Both the position numbers and the translations under genes were made by a program. A stretch of DNA of 64,000 bases, taken from positions 14,732 through 78,731 of the forward strand of contig DAOOFR010000001.1 of NCBI GenBank assembly GCA_035415285.1, written 5' to 3'. Origin of the DNA: Opitutaceae bacterium (GTDB taxonomy: Bacteria; Verrucomicrobiota; Verrucomicrobiia; Opitutales; Opitutaceae). Within the stretch, counting starts at the first letter, position 1. Every line of letters starts with the position of its first letter. Under the pieces are notes generated by a model. That model was given only the letters and a program-made list of their open reading frames with translations, was not told the DNA's origin and made no database searches. Below, in pieces: positions 1-7,981 of the stretch.

Positions 1-1
1 G

Positions 2-199
2 CTGGCCTGTCGGCTGGGGGTGGTGTGCCCGAACTTCGGCGATGCGGCCGCGTCGGCTGTTGGGGCAAATCCGTTCGGGGGGCGGCGGCGCGCCCCGGAC
101 CGGATCATCGTGGCGGAGAAGATCCGGCGCGTGCTGGGCTGGCAGCCGGGGTTTGCGGATTATCGCGCGGGCTACGAAGCGATCCTGCGGAGCCGGTGA
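2..199 (+). CDS. 3' end of an upstream gene; C-terminus resembles an NAD-dependent sugar epimerase/dehydratase (partial, runs off the window start)
   Basis: Frame 2 is open from base 2 to TGA at 197-199. It is absent from the ORF track because it has no start in the window. The translation ...IIVAEKIRRVLGWQPGFADYRAGYEAILRSR resembles the conserved LGW.P tail of SDR-type epimerases. Confidence 0.4.
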   Translation: MACRLGVVCPNFGDAAASAVGANPFGGRRRAPDRIIVAEKIRRVLGWQPGFADYRAGYEAILRSR

Positions 200-312
200 A
201 CGGTGGGCGGTGGACGGTGGGCGGTGGACTGTAGACGGTGGACGGTGGGCGGTGGGCAGTAGGCGGTGGGCGGTGAACGGTGGACGGTGGGCGGTGGACT
301 GTGGGCGGTGGC
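194..312 (+). repeat. Tandem heptamer array (CGGTGGR)n, about 17 units
   Basis: Read directly: cggtgaa cggtggg cggtgga cggtggg cggtgga ctgtaga cggtgga cggtggg cggtggg cagtagg ... The first unit contains the TGA stop of the upstream gene. Confidence 0.9.
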
Positions 313-385
313 CCGGGCGGACTGAGCGCAACAGTGGTGAAGCCGAGCGCTTGAATACCGGTCGCGCGCGACCGTTGAGGACGGT

Positions 386-916
386 ATGCATACACAGCTC
401 ATCGTCCGCCGCGCAGGGCCGCGCGACCTGCCGGGTGTGACCCACCTGGTCGCGGGTTTTCGCGACCTGCTCGGGCGCGAGCGGCCGACGCGCAGCGAGA
501 TCGCGCGCCGGCTGGAGCGACTCCATGCCGACCCGGCCGTGACGCTCGGGGTCGCGGCGGCGGGCCCGGAACTGCTCGGTTACGCGCTGCAGCGGCGGCA
601 TCTCTCTCTGTGGGCGGGCGGTGGCGCCGCGGTGCTGGAGGATCTCTTCGTCGCGGAACCGGCGCGGCGGCGCGGCATCGGGCGGCGGTTGCTCGAGCAT
701 GCGATCGGTGAGGCCCGGTCGGCGGGGAGCACGGCGTTGTCGCTCGACACGAGCGAGTCCGATGCGGCCTCGACGGCGCTGTATTCCGGGCTCGGATTCT
801 CGTGCGAACGGGCGGGGCGGACGGTCGGGCGCCGGCTCCGCTACGATCTGCGACTGGCGGACGAGCCGCCGCCGGACACCGGCATCCACTGGGGCCCGTG
901 GATGCTGAAGTGGTGA
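386..916 (+). CDS. GNAT family N-acetyltransferase
   Basis: 176-aa ORF with an acetyl-CoA binding motif region LFVAEPARRRGIGRRLLEHAI and YSGLGF typical of the GNAT fold. Confidence 0.85.
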   Translation: MHTQLIVRRAGPRDLPGVTHLVAGFRDLLGRERPTRSEIARRLERLHADPAVTLGVAAAGPELLGYALQRRHLSLWAGGGAAVLEDLFVAEPARRRGIGRRLLEHAIGEARSAGSTALSLDTSESDAASTALYSGLGFSCERAGRTVGRRLRYDLRLADEPPPDTGIHWGPWMLKW

Positions 917-1031
917 ACGGGCATGGCGGGGGCGAGGAGTTGACCGAAGTGTCCGGCGATGGAGTTTTCCGTTGCGTCGCGGCGTGGCGGTCCGGACGCT
1001 CGCGGGCTCAACCCAAAACCCATTTCGTACC

Positions 1032-1340
1032 ATGGCTGGACTCGGCAAAATGTTGAAACAGGCGGCGAAGATGCAGAAGCAGATCGAGGTTCTGCAGGCG
1101 GAGCTGGAGAAGAAGGAACTCGACATCTCCAGCGGCGGCGGCGCCGTGAAGATCAAGGTCAACGGCCAGGGAAAGTTCGTCGCGCTCGAGCTCGACCCGG
1201 AGTTCCTCAAGGAGGACGCGAAGGTCGTGTCCGAGACGGTGCTGGGCGCCGTGCAGGAGGCCGCCGCGAAGGCGAAGGCGCTCAACGAGGGCGAGATGCA
1301 GAAGATCACCGCGGCGTTCCAGATGCCGGGGATGTTCTGA
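1032..1340 (+). CDS. ybaB: YbaB/EbfC nucleoid-associated DNA-binding protein
   Basis: MAGLGKMLKQAAKMQKQIEVLQAELEKKELDISSGGGAVKIKVNGQGKFVALELDPEFL... is a classic YbaB sequence. It sits immediately upstream of recR, the conserved ybaB-recR pair. Start moved to the in-frame ATG at 1032. Confidence 0.9.
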   Translation: MAGLGKMLKQAAKMQKQIEVLQAELEKKELDISSGGGAVKIKVNGQGKFVALELDPEFLKEDAKVVSETVLGAVQEAAAKAKALNEGEMQKITAAFQMPGMF

Positions 1341-1446
1341 TTGCGGATTTCGGAACGCGGATTGCGGATCGGCCGGCGGAAGCCGGTGCGGCCCGGTTCC
1401 TGTGTTCCGACAATTCCGCAATCCGAAATCCGCACTCCGAAATCCC

Positions 1447-2040
1447 ATGACTCCCGCGTTCGAGGCGCTGCAGCAGCAGCTCAAGCGGCTGCCGGGACTG
1501 GGCTTCCGCTCGGCCGAGCGCATCGCGCTGCACCTGCTCGTCGAGCGACCGGAGCGGCTGCCGCAGATCGTGGCCGCGCTGGAGGCGGCGGCGAAGGCGG
1601 TGGGACGGTGCGCGGTGTGCGGCAACCTCGCCGAGGGCGAGACCTGCGCGGTGTGCGCTGACGCCAAACGCGAGGCGGGGATCGTCTGCGTGGTCGAGCA
1701 GGTGCCCGACCTGGTGGCGATCGAGCGCAGCGGCGCCTACCGCGGGCGGTACCATGTGCTGCACGGCAAGTTGTCGCCGATCCATGGAGTCGGTCCGGAG
1801 CAGCTCAACCTCGGACCGCTCGTGCGCCGGCTGCAGGGCGGGGAGATCCGCGAGCTGATCCTGGCGCTCTCCAACGACATCGAGGGCGAGGCGACCTGCC
1901 ATTTCATCACCGAGAAGATCCCGGCGGGCGCGGTGAAGGTGTCGCGGATCGGCTTCGGCCTGCCCAGCGGCGGCGGCGTGCTCTATGCCGACTCCGTCAC
2001 GCTCAAGAGCGCGCTCGAGGCGCGGCGCGAGTACCGGTGA
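1447..2040 (+). CDS. recR: Recombination protein RecR
   Basis: LPGLGFRSAERIALHLL helix-hairpin-helix, a CAVCGNLAEGETCAVC zinc finger and a Toprim region VCVVEQVPDLVAIERSG. Start at the in-frame ATG 1447. Confidence 0.95.
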   Translation: MTPAFEALQQQLKRLPGLGFRSAERIALHLLVERPERLPQIVAALEAAAKAVGRCAVCGNLAEGETCAVCADAKREAGIVCVVEQVPDLVAIERSGAYRGRYHVLHGKLSPIHGVGPEQLNLGPLVRRLQGGEIRELILALSNDIEGEATCHFITEKIPAGAVKVSRIGFGLPSGGGVLYADSVTLKSALEARREYR

Positions 2041-2165
2041 GCGGTTGCCGGTGGGCGGTTTCCGGTAGCCGGTGGACGGTGGCCGGTGGACGGTGGCCGG
2101 GGGCGGTAGCCAGTGGCCAGTGGACTGTGGGCGGTGAACTGTCGCGGGTGGTGGGCGGTGCCGGG
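2034..2165 (+). repeat. Degenerate tandem heptamer array (NCGGTGG)n
   Basis: ccggtga gcggttg ccggtgg gcggttt ccggtag ccggtgg acggtgg ccggtgg acggtgg ... It begins at the recR stop codon (cggTGA). Same family as 194-312. Confidence 0.7.
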
Positions 2166-2294
2166 GGCCGCGGTGGCGGTTGCTCGAGAGCCGGGATGCG
2201 GCAGTGCCGGCCGGCGGGGGCTTAAGCACCCCGCCACGGCGGTCGGGGCCGAGGCCCGCGTCGTATCCGGGCTTGCGGTCTTGCTCGCCCGGCC

Positions 2295-4376
2295 ATGGCT
2301 CGTACCCTTCGTTCAATGACTCGCTCCGGCCCGGCTTCGCGGTTGATCTCCTGTGTGCTGGTGTTGCTTGCCGCGCCGATCCGGGCCGGCGAGGAGACCG
2401 TGGTGCTCGACGACTTCCCGGTTCGGGCGGAGCAGGCCGGCGGGGCTGCCGGTGCGGTGGGGCGCGAGCGCATCGCGGTCCACAAGCCGCTCGACCTGGC
2501 GGATGTGCTCGCGCGGGAAGTCGCGGCGGTGTCGCTCGTGCGCAAGGGTCCGCTGGGCGGAGATTTTCTCCTGCGGGGGCTGGGCCGCGACAACCTCCGC
2601 ATCTCGCTCGACGGGATCACGGTCCATGGGGCGTGTCCGAACCGGATGGATCCACCGGCGTTCCATGTGAGCTCGCAACAGGTCGCGGCGGTGGCGGTGC
2701 GGCGCGGGCCGTTCGATGTCGAGGACGGCGGCACCGTCGGCGGCACGATTCGTGTGGGTACTTTGCCGTGCTGCGACACGCCGCAGGCGCTGGCGGCATT
2801 CGTCGGCTCGTTCGGCTACCGTTCGGCCTCGGGCTCGATGCGGACGCATGCCGGGGAGACCACGCTTTCGGCGAGCGCGGCGTGGCAGCAGGGTGGCGTC
2901 TACGCGGATGGGATGGGACGGCGCTTCACCGAGTTGCTAGGACTCAACTACCGGGCCGGGGCGCGCGAGCGGACCGCCTTCGAGGTGATGCAGGCCGAGG
3001 GGAAGCTGAGCACGTTCCTCGGTGCAGGCATCCTCGATCTGCGCGGTGGCTATCATCGCGCCACGGATGTGCTCTATCCCGGGTTGCGCATGGACGCGCT
3101 GCTCGACGAGTCGTGGCGCACCGGGGCCACGTGGACATGGCAGCCCGCCGGCAACTCCGCCGTCCGCAAGCTGGTGGTCGAGGCGTCCGCCAGCGGCGTC
3201 TATCACGACATGCGCGACACCTGGCGGACGAGCGCGGCGGCGGCGACCTGGGCGGCGCGTGGCTGGATGATGCGCACCCAGGCGCGCACGACGGCGGCGA
3301 AGCTGCGCGCTACGGCCGAGACCGCGGTCGGGGACTGGACGGTGCGCTATGGGGCGAGTGTCGAGCGCCGCGGTTGGGATGCCGACAATCGCGTGGGCGC
3401 CCGTGCCAACGACATGTTGCCCGATGTGGTGGCCGACACCGCGGGGGCGTATGTGCTGGGGGCGCTGGATCGCGGCGCCTGGGGGCTCGAGATGGCGGCG
3501 CGGCTCGATGTCGCGAAGAGTCGTGCGCGGGGCGATCTCGCGTTCGTGCGGGCTGCGCACGGACTTGGCGACGAGAGGGGGAGGAACGATACGCTGCCGG
3601 CCGCCTACGTACTTGGCCACCGGATGCTCGGTGCGGCGAAGATCTATGCCGGGCTCGGGCATGCCGGGCGGGCGCCCGACCCGCAGGAACGTTACCAGAA
3701 TCTCGACCATCCTTCCGCGGGCGACTGGGTGGGCAATCCACGGCTCGGGCCGACGCGCGCCACCGAGGTGCAGGTCGGCGCCGCTGTGCCGGTCGGCGCC
3801 TGGACGGTGCGCGCGAGTGCGTTCCATTCGTGGTTGCACGACTACATCTACCTCGCGCGGTTGCTGCCGGCACCCGGATCGACGGCGAACCCGGCCAATA
3901 CGAAAACGTATGTCGGCCTCGACGCCCGTTTGCTGGGCGGCGATCTCACCGCCACCTGGCAGCCGACGTCGCGCTGGTCGCTCGATCTCGGAGTGGCGGC
4001 GCAGCGTGGGGTGAAACGGGATCCCGCCGCGGGCAACGCGAGTCGCGTGCTCGGCGAAGTCCCCGCCGTGCAAGCGCGGTTGGCGGTGCAGTGGAGCCCC
4101 GCGCCGTGGGCGGTGCGGGTGCAGTGGCAGGGAGCCCCACGGCAGGGGCGCGTCGATCCGGGAATCGGGGAGCGGCCGGTGGCGGGGTGGGGTACGGTCG
4201 CCGTGACGTTGGCCTGGAAACCGCGCGAGTCGGTCGAACTCTTGGTCGGGGCGGAGAACCTCTTCGATCGCGCCTACACGCTGCACAACGCCTACACCCG
4301 CGATCCGTTCGCGGCCGGCGTCGCGGTGCCGGAGCCGGGGCGCTTCCTGTTCGCCCGTGTTTCCTGGCGGCGGTGA
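2295..4376 (+). CDS. TonB-dependent outer-membrane receptor
   Basis: 693 aa. Signal peptide LISCVLVLLAAPIRAGEE, a plug-like N-terminus (VVLDDFPV...) and a C-terminal beta-barrel ending NLFDRAYTLHNAY...EPGRFLFARVSWRR. Confidence 0.85.
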   Translation: MARTLRSMTRSGPASRLISCVLVLLAAPIRAGEETVVLDDFPVRAEQAGGAAGAVGRERIAVHKPLDLADVLAREVAAVSLVRKGPLGGDFLLRGLGRDNLRISLDGITVHGACPNRMDPPAFHVSSQQVAAVAVRRGPFDVEDGGTVGGTIRVGTLPCCDTPQALAAFVGSFGYRSASGSMRTHAGETTLSASAAWQQGGVYADGMGRRFTELLGLNYRAGARERTAFEVMQAEGKLSTFLGAGILDLRGGYHRATDVLYPGLRMDALLDESWRTGATWTWQPAGNSAVRKLVVEASASGVYHDMRDTWRTSAAAATWAARGWMMRTQARTTAAKLRATAETAVGDWTVRYGASVERRGWDADNRVGARANDMLPDVVADTAGAYVLGALDRGAWGLEMAARLDVAKSRARGDLAFVRAAHGLGDERGRNDTLPAAYVLGHRMLGAAKIYAGLGHAGRAPDPQERYQNLDHPSAGDWVGNPRLGPTRATEVQVGAAVPVGAWTVRASAFHSWLHDYIYLARLLPAPGSTANPANTKTYVGLDARLLGGDLTATWQPTSRWSLDLGVAAQRGVKRDPAAGNASRVLGEVPAVQARLAVQWSPAPWAVRVQWQGAPRQGRVDPGIGERPVAGWGTVAVTLAWKPRESVELLVGAENLFDRAYTLHNAYTRDPFAAGVAVPEPGRFLFARVSWRR

Positions 4377-4513
4377 GGCGTGTGCCGGAGGCCGGTGGCG
4401 GGGCGAGTGGTTTGGGGCATAGTACGGGCGCTTCGCGTCGGGCAGTTCCTCCGGTCGGGTTCCGGACGCGTTCTCCATCCGGGCCGGAGAATCATCGTAT
4501 CAGGAGGCTCATC

Positions 4514-4996
4514 ATGACCAAGTTATCGCAACGCCTTGTCTTGTTCTCCGTCGCCCTGCTTGTGGCGACCGTCGGCTTTGCCCGGGGCGGCGGCGGTGGT
4601 GGGGGCGGTGGACACGGGGGAGGTGGCGGACAGGGTGGCGGCGGCTTTGGTGGTGGCGACCAGCGGCAACAGCGCTGGGATCGCCAGTATCAGCAGGAAC
4701 AGCGCGACCAAGCCGCGGACCAGGACCGGCAGCAGGACCGGCAGCGCGAGGCGGTCGATCCCGCGGTGCTCGCCCAGGCTCAGACCCGCGTGCAGGAGAT
4801 GCAGCAGCAGTGCACCGATGCCGATGCCCAGTGCAGCCAGCTGCGAGAACGAATCCGCACGACGACAGAGAAACAGACCAAGACCCAGCTCAAGCAGCAG
4901 CTCAAGGAACAGGAGCGAGTCGCCAAACAGCTCAAGAAGGAGTTGCGCGCGCGGGAGCGCGAAATGAAACGGTTGGGACAATCCTCCTCGCAGTAG
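4514..4996 (+). CDS. Small secreted Gly-rich / Gln-Lys-rich coiled-coil protein, function unknown
   Basis: ATG at 4514 preceded by aggagg (4503-4508). Signal peptide MTKLSQRLVLFSVALLVATVGFA, a poly-Gly tract, then a charged Q/K/R/E-rich helix. This is the real part of the 938-aa track ORF 2180-4996. A partial paralog lies at 20062-20280. Confidence 0.6.
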   Translation: MTKLSQRLVLFSVALLVATVGFARGGGGGGGGGHGGGGGQGGGGFGGGDQRQQRWDRQYQQEQRDQAADQDRQQDRQREAVDPAVLAQAQTRVQEMQQQCTDADAQCSQLRERIRTTTEKQTKTQLKQQLKEQERVAKQLKKELRAREREMKRLGQSSSQ

Positions 4997-5040
4997 GGGC
5001 GAAGCGTTGCGGCTGCGGGCTCGTCATCGCCGCCCGGGCA

Positions 5041-5346
5041 TTACTCCTTCCGGGCGGGCACGGCCGGCGCCGGGGCGAGCACGCGCAACGCGCGGCCGCG
5101 CACCAGCGCCTCGGCGACCTTCATGCGGGCGCGGCGCACGATGCGATCGAAGGTCTGGCGCGACACCCGCATGCGTTTCGCCGCCTCGGTGTGGTAGAGG
5201 TCCTCCACATCGGCCAGTCGCAGCGCCTCCAGTTCGTCGGCGGCCAGCTCGATCTCCTGGAGTTCGCACAGCGGGATGCCGGCCGGCTTGAAGTACGAGG
5301 CCGGCGGACGGTGGGCGATGTGGCGAGGGCAGCAGGGACGGGGCAT
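5041..5346 (-). CDS. DUF134 (UPF0251) family predicted DNA-binding protein
   Basis: YFKPAGIPLCELQEIELAADELEALRLADVEDLYHTEAAKRMRVSRQTFDRIVRRARMKVAEAL matches the DUF134 pattern (FKP.GIP, a sigma-70 region-4-like HTH). N-terminal Cys pair MPRPCCPR. Divergent from the NifX-like gene. Confidence 0.8.
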   Translation of the reverse strand: MPRPCCPRHIAHRPPASYFKPAGIPLCELQEIELAADELEALRLADVEDLYHTEAAKRMRVSRQTFDRIVRRARMKVAEALVRGRALRVLAPAPAVPARKE

Positions 5347-5350
5347 GGTG

Positions 5351-5392
5351 GAAAAGCGGGCTTGTGTGCGGCGCGGTTATGGGCATAAGCCC
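5351..5392 (+). promoter_or_regulatory. Conserved promoter/operator block; core GTTATGGGCATAAGCCC at 5376-5392
   Basis: The exact 12-mer GTTATGGGCATA recurs at 13041 and, on the reverse strand, at 33856. The upstream part GAAAAGCGGGCTTGTGTGCGGC is shared with 13015-13040. It lies between divergent genes 5041-5346(-) and 5499-5933(+). Confidence 0.6.
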
Positions 5393-5498
5393 ATTACCGC
5401 ATGAACTGCAATCCGCAACGTCCCGACTCTCGGCGCGGCCCGCGCCGCGGGCGAGCGTTTTGCGGGGGCCTGAGCACCTTCAACCCGCACCGCTTCCC

Positions 5499-5933
5499 AT
5501 GATCATCGCTCTTCCGCTCACCGAGAACGACGAGTTCTCCCCTCATTTCGGCGCCGCCGCCAAGGCGGCCCTGTTCGAGGTCGATCCCACCGCCCGGATG
5601 ATCCTGCGCACGACGCCCGTTGTGCCACCCGACCCCGAACCCTGTGGCTGGGCCGCCTGGCTCGGCGCGCAAGGAGTCACGCACTTCCTCGCCGGCGGCA
5701 TGGGCCGCGGCGCCCAGCAGCGAATGGCCGCGGCCGGCATCCTGGTGACGGTCGGCGTCGCGCCGGCGGCTCCGGCCGACCTTGTGCAGGCGTATCTCGA
5801 CGGTTCGCTCGCCGCGGGCGCCAATGCCTGCGAGGGCGGCCACCACGAGCACGGCGAACACGGTCACCACCACCACCATCATGGCGAACACGGCCACGAA
5901 CACGGACACCACTGTGGTTGCGGCGCCCACTGA
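5499..5933 (+). CDS. NifX/NifB-C-terminal (dinitrogenase FeMo-cofactor biosynthesis) domain protein with a His-rich tail
   Basis: MIIALPLTENDEFSPHFGAAAKAALFEVD...HFLAGGMGRGAQQRMAAAGI fits the NifX/NifB-C fold pattern. The C-terminus is GGHHEHGEHGHHHHHHGEHGHEHGHHCGCGAH. Start moved to ATG 5499. Confidence 0.8.
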   Translation: MIIALPLTENDEFSPHFGAAAKAALFEVDPTARMILRTTPVVPPDPEPCGWAAWLGAQGVTHFLAGGMGRGAQQRMAAAGILVTVGVAPAAPADLVQAYLDGSLAAGANACEGGHHEHGEHGHHHHHHGEHGHEHGHHCGCGAH

Positions 5934-6375
5934 GGCCGCGCTGCGCGCCCATTGCGCGCAGCAGCATGCCGCCTGTTTCGCCTGCCGGCCCGCCGACCGC
6001 GGCGGGCTCGGGCTCGCTTTCGCCGTGCAGACGGACGGCTCCGTCTCCGCCGAATGGACCTGCCCGCCCGGCGGCGAAAGCTACGCGGGCATCGTGCACG
6101 GCGGCCTGCTCGCCACGGCGCTCGACAGCGCGATGGTGCACGCGCTGTTCGCGCGCGGCGTCGTCGCCCGCACCGGTGAACTTACCGTGCGCTACCGGCA
6201 GTCGGTGCGGTCGGGCAGCCCGGTCACCGTGACCGCGCGCCATCGCAGTGCCTACCCGCCGCTGCATCACCTCGAGGCCGAAATCCATCAGGCCGGCGTG
6301 CTCTGCGCCCGGGCTCGTGGCAAATTCATGGCGATCGAGAACGACTCCGGAGCCGAACCCAACCTCCCGCAATGA
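5881..6375 (+). CDS. PaaI/hotdog-fold acyl-CoA thioesterase (start uncertain)
   Basis: YAGIVHGGLLATALDSAMVHALF...GELTVRYRQSVRSGSPVTVTA is the typical PaaI-family core. Possible starts are ATG 5881 or GTG 5914/5917. The stop overlaps the panD start (ATGA at 6372). Confidence 0.7.
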   Translation: MANTATNTDTTVVAAPTEAALRAHCAQQHAACFACRPADRGGLGLAFAVQTDGSVSAEWTCPPGGESYAGIVHGGLLATALDSAMVHALFARGVVARTGELTVRYRQSVRSGSPVTVTARHRSAYPPLHHLEAEIHQAGVLCARARGKFMAIENDSGAEPNLPQ

Positions 6376-6737
6376 ACGCCCAACCGACCACCTTCCGCAC
6401 GCTGCTCAAGTCCAAGATCCACCGCGCCACGCTCACCGGCAAGGAGCTGAACTACGAGGGCAGCATCGCCATCGACCGCCTGCTGATGGACGCCGCCGAT
6501 CTTGTCGCCGGCGAACAGGTGCACGTGCTCAACCTCAACAACGGCTCGCGCCTGATCACCTACGTGATCGAGGCCCCCGCCGGCTCCGGCACCATGCTGC
6601 TCAACGGCCCGGCCGCGCGGCTGGGCGAGACGGGCGACCTGGTTGTCATCATCTCCTACGCACAGGTGGCGGAGCCCGCCGTCGCGGCGTACCGCGCCCG
6701 GATCGTGCAGGTCGATCCGGCCAACCGGCTGCGCTGA
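6372..6737 (+). CDS. panD: Aspartate 1-decarboxylase
   Basis: LLKSKIHRATLTGKELNYEGSIAIDRLLMDAADL contains the self-processing Gly-Ser site (YEGS). 121 aa, the typical PanD length. Confidence 0.95.
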   Translation: MNAQPTTFRTLLKSKIHRATLTGKELNYEGSIAIDRLLMDAADLVAGEQVHVLNLNNGSRLITYVIEAPAGSGTMLLNGPAARLGETGDLVVIISYAQVAEPAVAAYRARIVQVDPANRLR

Positions 6738-6758
6738 CTCCCGGCCGGGGCGATTGCG

Positions 6759-7613
6759 ATGAAGACCTCGCTCGACTGCCTGCCTTGCCTCCTGCGCCAG
6801 GCCACCGAAGCCATCCGGCTCGGCGCCAAGGACGAGAAGGTCGACGTCATGGTCGTGCGCGAACTGCTCCTGGCGAGCACGACGCTCGACTTCGATCAGC
6901 CGCCTCCCTCGCTCTCCGGGGCGTTGCAGGCGCAGTTGCGCGAGATCACCGGCTGCGCGGACCCGTACCGGGAGGCGAAGCAGCGCTTCAACCGGCTCGC
7001 GCTGGAGCTCCTGCCGCCGCTGGCCGCGGCCGTCGCGCGCAGCGAGGATCCGTTCGGCGCGGCGGTGCGGCTGGCGATCGCCGGCAACATCATCGACCTC
7101 GGGGCCAAGAGCGGGCTCACGGAGGCCGAAGCGCGTAGTGCCGCCTCCGGTGCACTCGCCCAGCCGTTGGTCGGGCCGCTGGCCGCGCTCCACCGCGCCT
7201 CGCGGCACGCCCACCGCATCCTCTACCTCTGCGACAACGCCGGCGAAATCGTCTTCGACCGCGTCCTGATCGAGCAACTGCCGCGCGGGCGCGTCACCGT
7301 GGCCGTGCGCGGGCAGGCCGTGATCAACGACGCCACCCGCGAAGACGCCCTCGTCGCCGGGCTGCCGGAGGTCGCCGAGGTGATCGACAACGGTTCGGCG
7401 TTGCCCGGCACCGTGCTGGTCGACTGCTCACCGGAGTTCCGGCGCCGCTTCGCCGAGTCCGATCTCGTGATCGCGAAAGGACAGGGGAACTTCGAGTCGC
7501 TTCACACCGAGAGCGCGCCGCTGTTCTGTCTGTTCCGCGTGAAATGCCCGACCGTGGCCGACCGCTGCGGTCACCCCGTCGGCAGCCACGTCATCTGGCA
7601 GGCGTCGCGATAA
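6759..7613 (+). CDS. DUF89 (ARMT1-like) metal-dependent damage-control phosphatase family protein
   Basis: N-terminal DCLPCLLRQA, internal CDNAGEIVFDRVLIE and AKGQGNFESL motifs characteristic of DUF89. Confidence 0.85.
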   Translation: MKTSLDCLPCLLRQATEAIRLGAKDEKVDVMVVRELLLASTTLDFDQPPPSLSGALQAQLREITGCADPYREAKQRFNRLALELLPPLAAAVARSEDPFGAAVRLAIAGNIIDLGAKSGLTEAEARSAASGALAQPLVGPLAALHRASRHAHRILYLCDNAGEIVFDRVLIEQLPRGRVTVAVRGQAVINDATREDALVAGLPEVAEVIDNGSALPGTVLVDCSPEFRRRFAESDLVIAKGQGNFESLHTESAPLFCLFRVKCPTVADRCGHPVGSHVIWQASR

Positions 7614-7645
7614 GCCCCGTTGCGGTCGACTGAGTCCGAACCGAC

Positions 7646-7846
7646 ATGCCCACAACTCGTCAATCAACGCGTGTCGACCAAGCGTTGGCGGAAGTCTGCC
7701 GGAACTGCCCGGTGTGCCGGCGCGCCCGAGCGCGACAACGCGGCGCGGCCTTCCAGTTCGTCCAGAAGATCGAAGGGCGAGCCTGCCCGTTTTGCCGGGC
7801 CTACGAGCGAGTCACCGGACACAAAGCCCACGAGCGGGTCTCCTAA
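7646..7846 (+). CDS. Small Cys-rich (zinc-ribbon-like) protein, hypothetical
   Basis: 66-aa ORF with CRNCPVC ... CPFC. Third-position G/C is enriched and it is co-directional with its neighbours. No recognised family. Confidence 0.4.
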   Translation: MPTTRQSTRVDQALAEVCRNCPVCRRARARQRGAAFQFVQKIEGRACPFCRAYERVTGHKAHERVS

Positions 7847-7981
7847 ATTTCCACCATCATTCTTTTCCATCCCCGCGCGCCGATCCACCGCGCGCACGCG
7901 AAGCCAAGGCCACGCCGATCCGGCCCCTGCATGCCGCGGATTGGCTTGGAACAGCGCCCCCCCTGAATCAAACCGCTTCCG

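Noticed and set aside
194-312. Heptamer arrays as CRISPR arrays
   Set aside because: The unit length is 7 nt with no spacers and no cas genes. This is a microsatellite, not a CRISPR array.
105-395. Pro/Thr/His-rich ORFs (PPTVHRPPSTVHRPP...) here and at 1983-2237, 1306-2316 and 63137-63990
   Set aside because: These are translations of the heptamer arrays. The apparent peptide repeat is a by-product of a 7-nt DNA repeat read through three frames. Real genes (the thioredoxin from ATG 63756, and recR on the other strand) explain the flanking parts.
2180-4513. N-terminal 778 aa of the 938-aa ORF 2180-4996
   Set aside because: It overlaps the TonB-dependent receptor in another frame and translates to Arg/Gly/Ala-rich low-complexity sequence. 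Only the last 160 codons, from ATG 4514 with an aggagg upstream and a signal peptide, look like a gene.
5376-5397. Reading the shared motif as a sigma-54 (-24/-12) promoter because of TGGGCA...GC
   Set aside because: The GG and GC dinucleotides are only about 5 nt apart instead of the required 10-nt spacing. No enhancer-binding protein gene is nearby. The dyad symmetry favours an operator.
7636-7652. Possible fourth operator copy (gacATGCCCACAACtcg) overlapping the start of the small Cys-rich ORF
   Set aside because: Only one half-site with a mismatch is present, and the left half has no similarity to GTTATGGGCAT. This is most likely chance.
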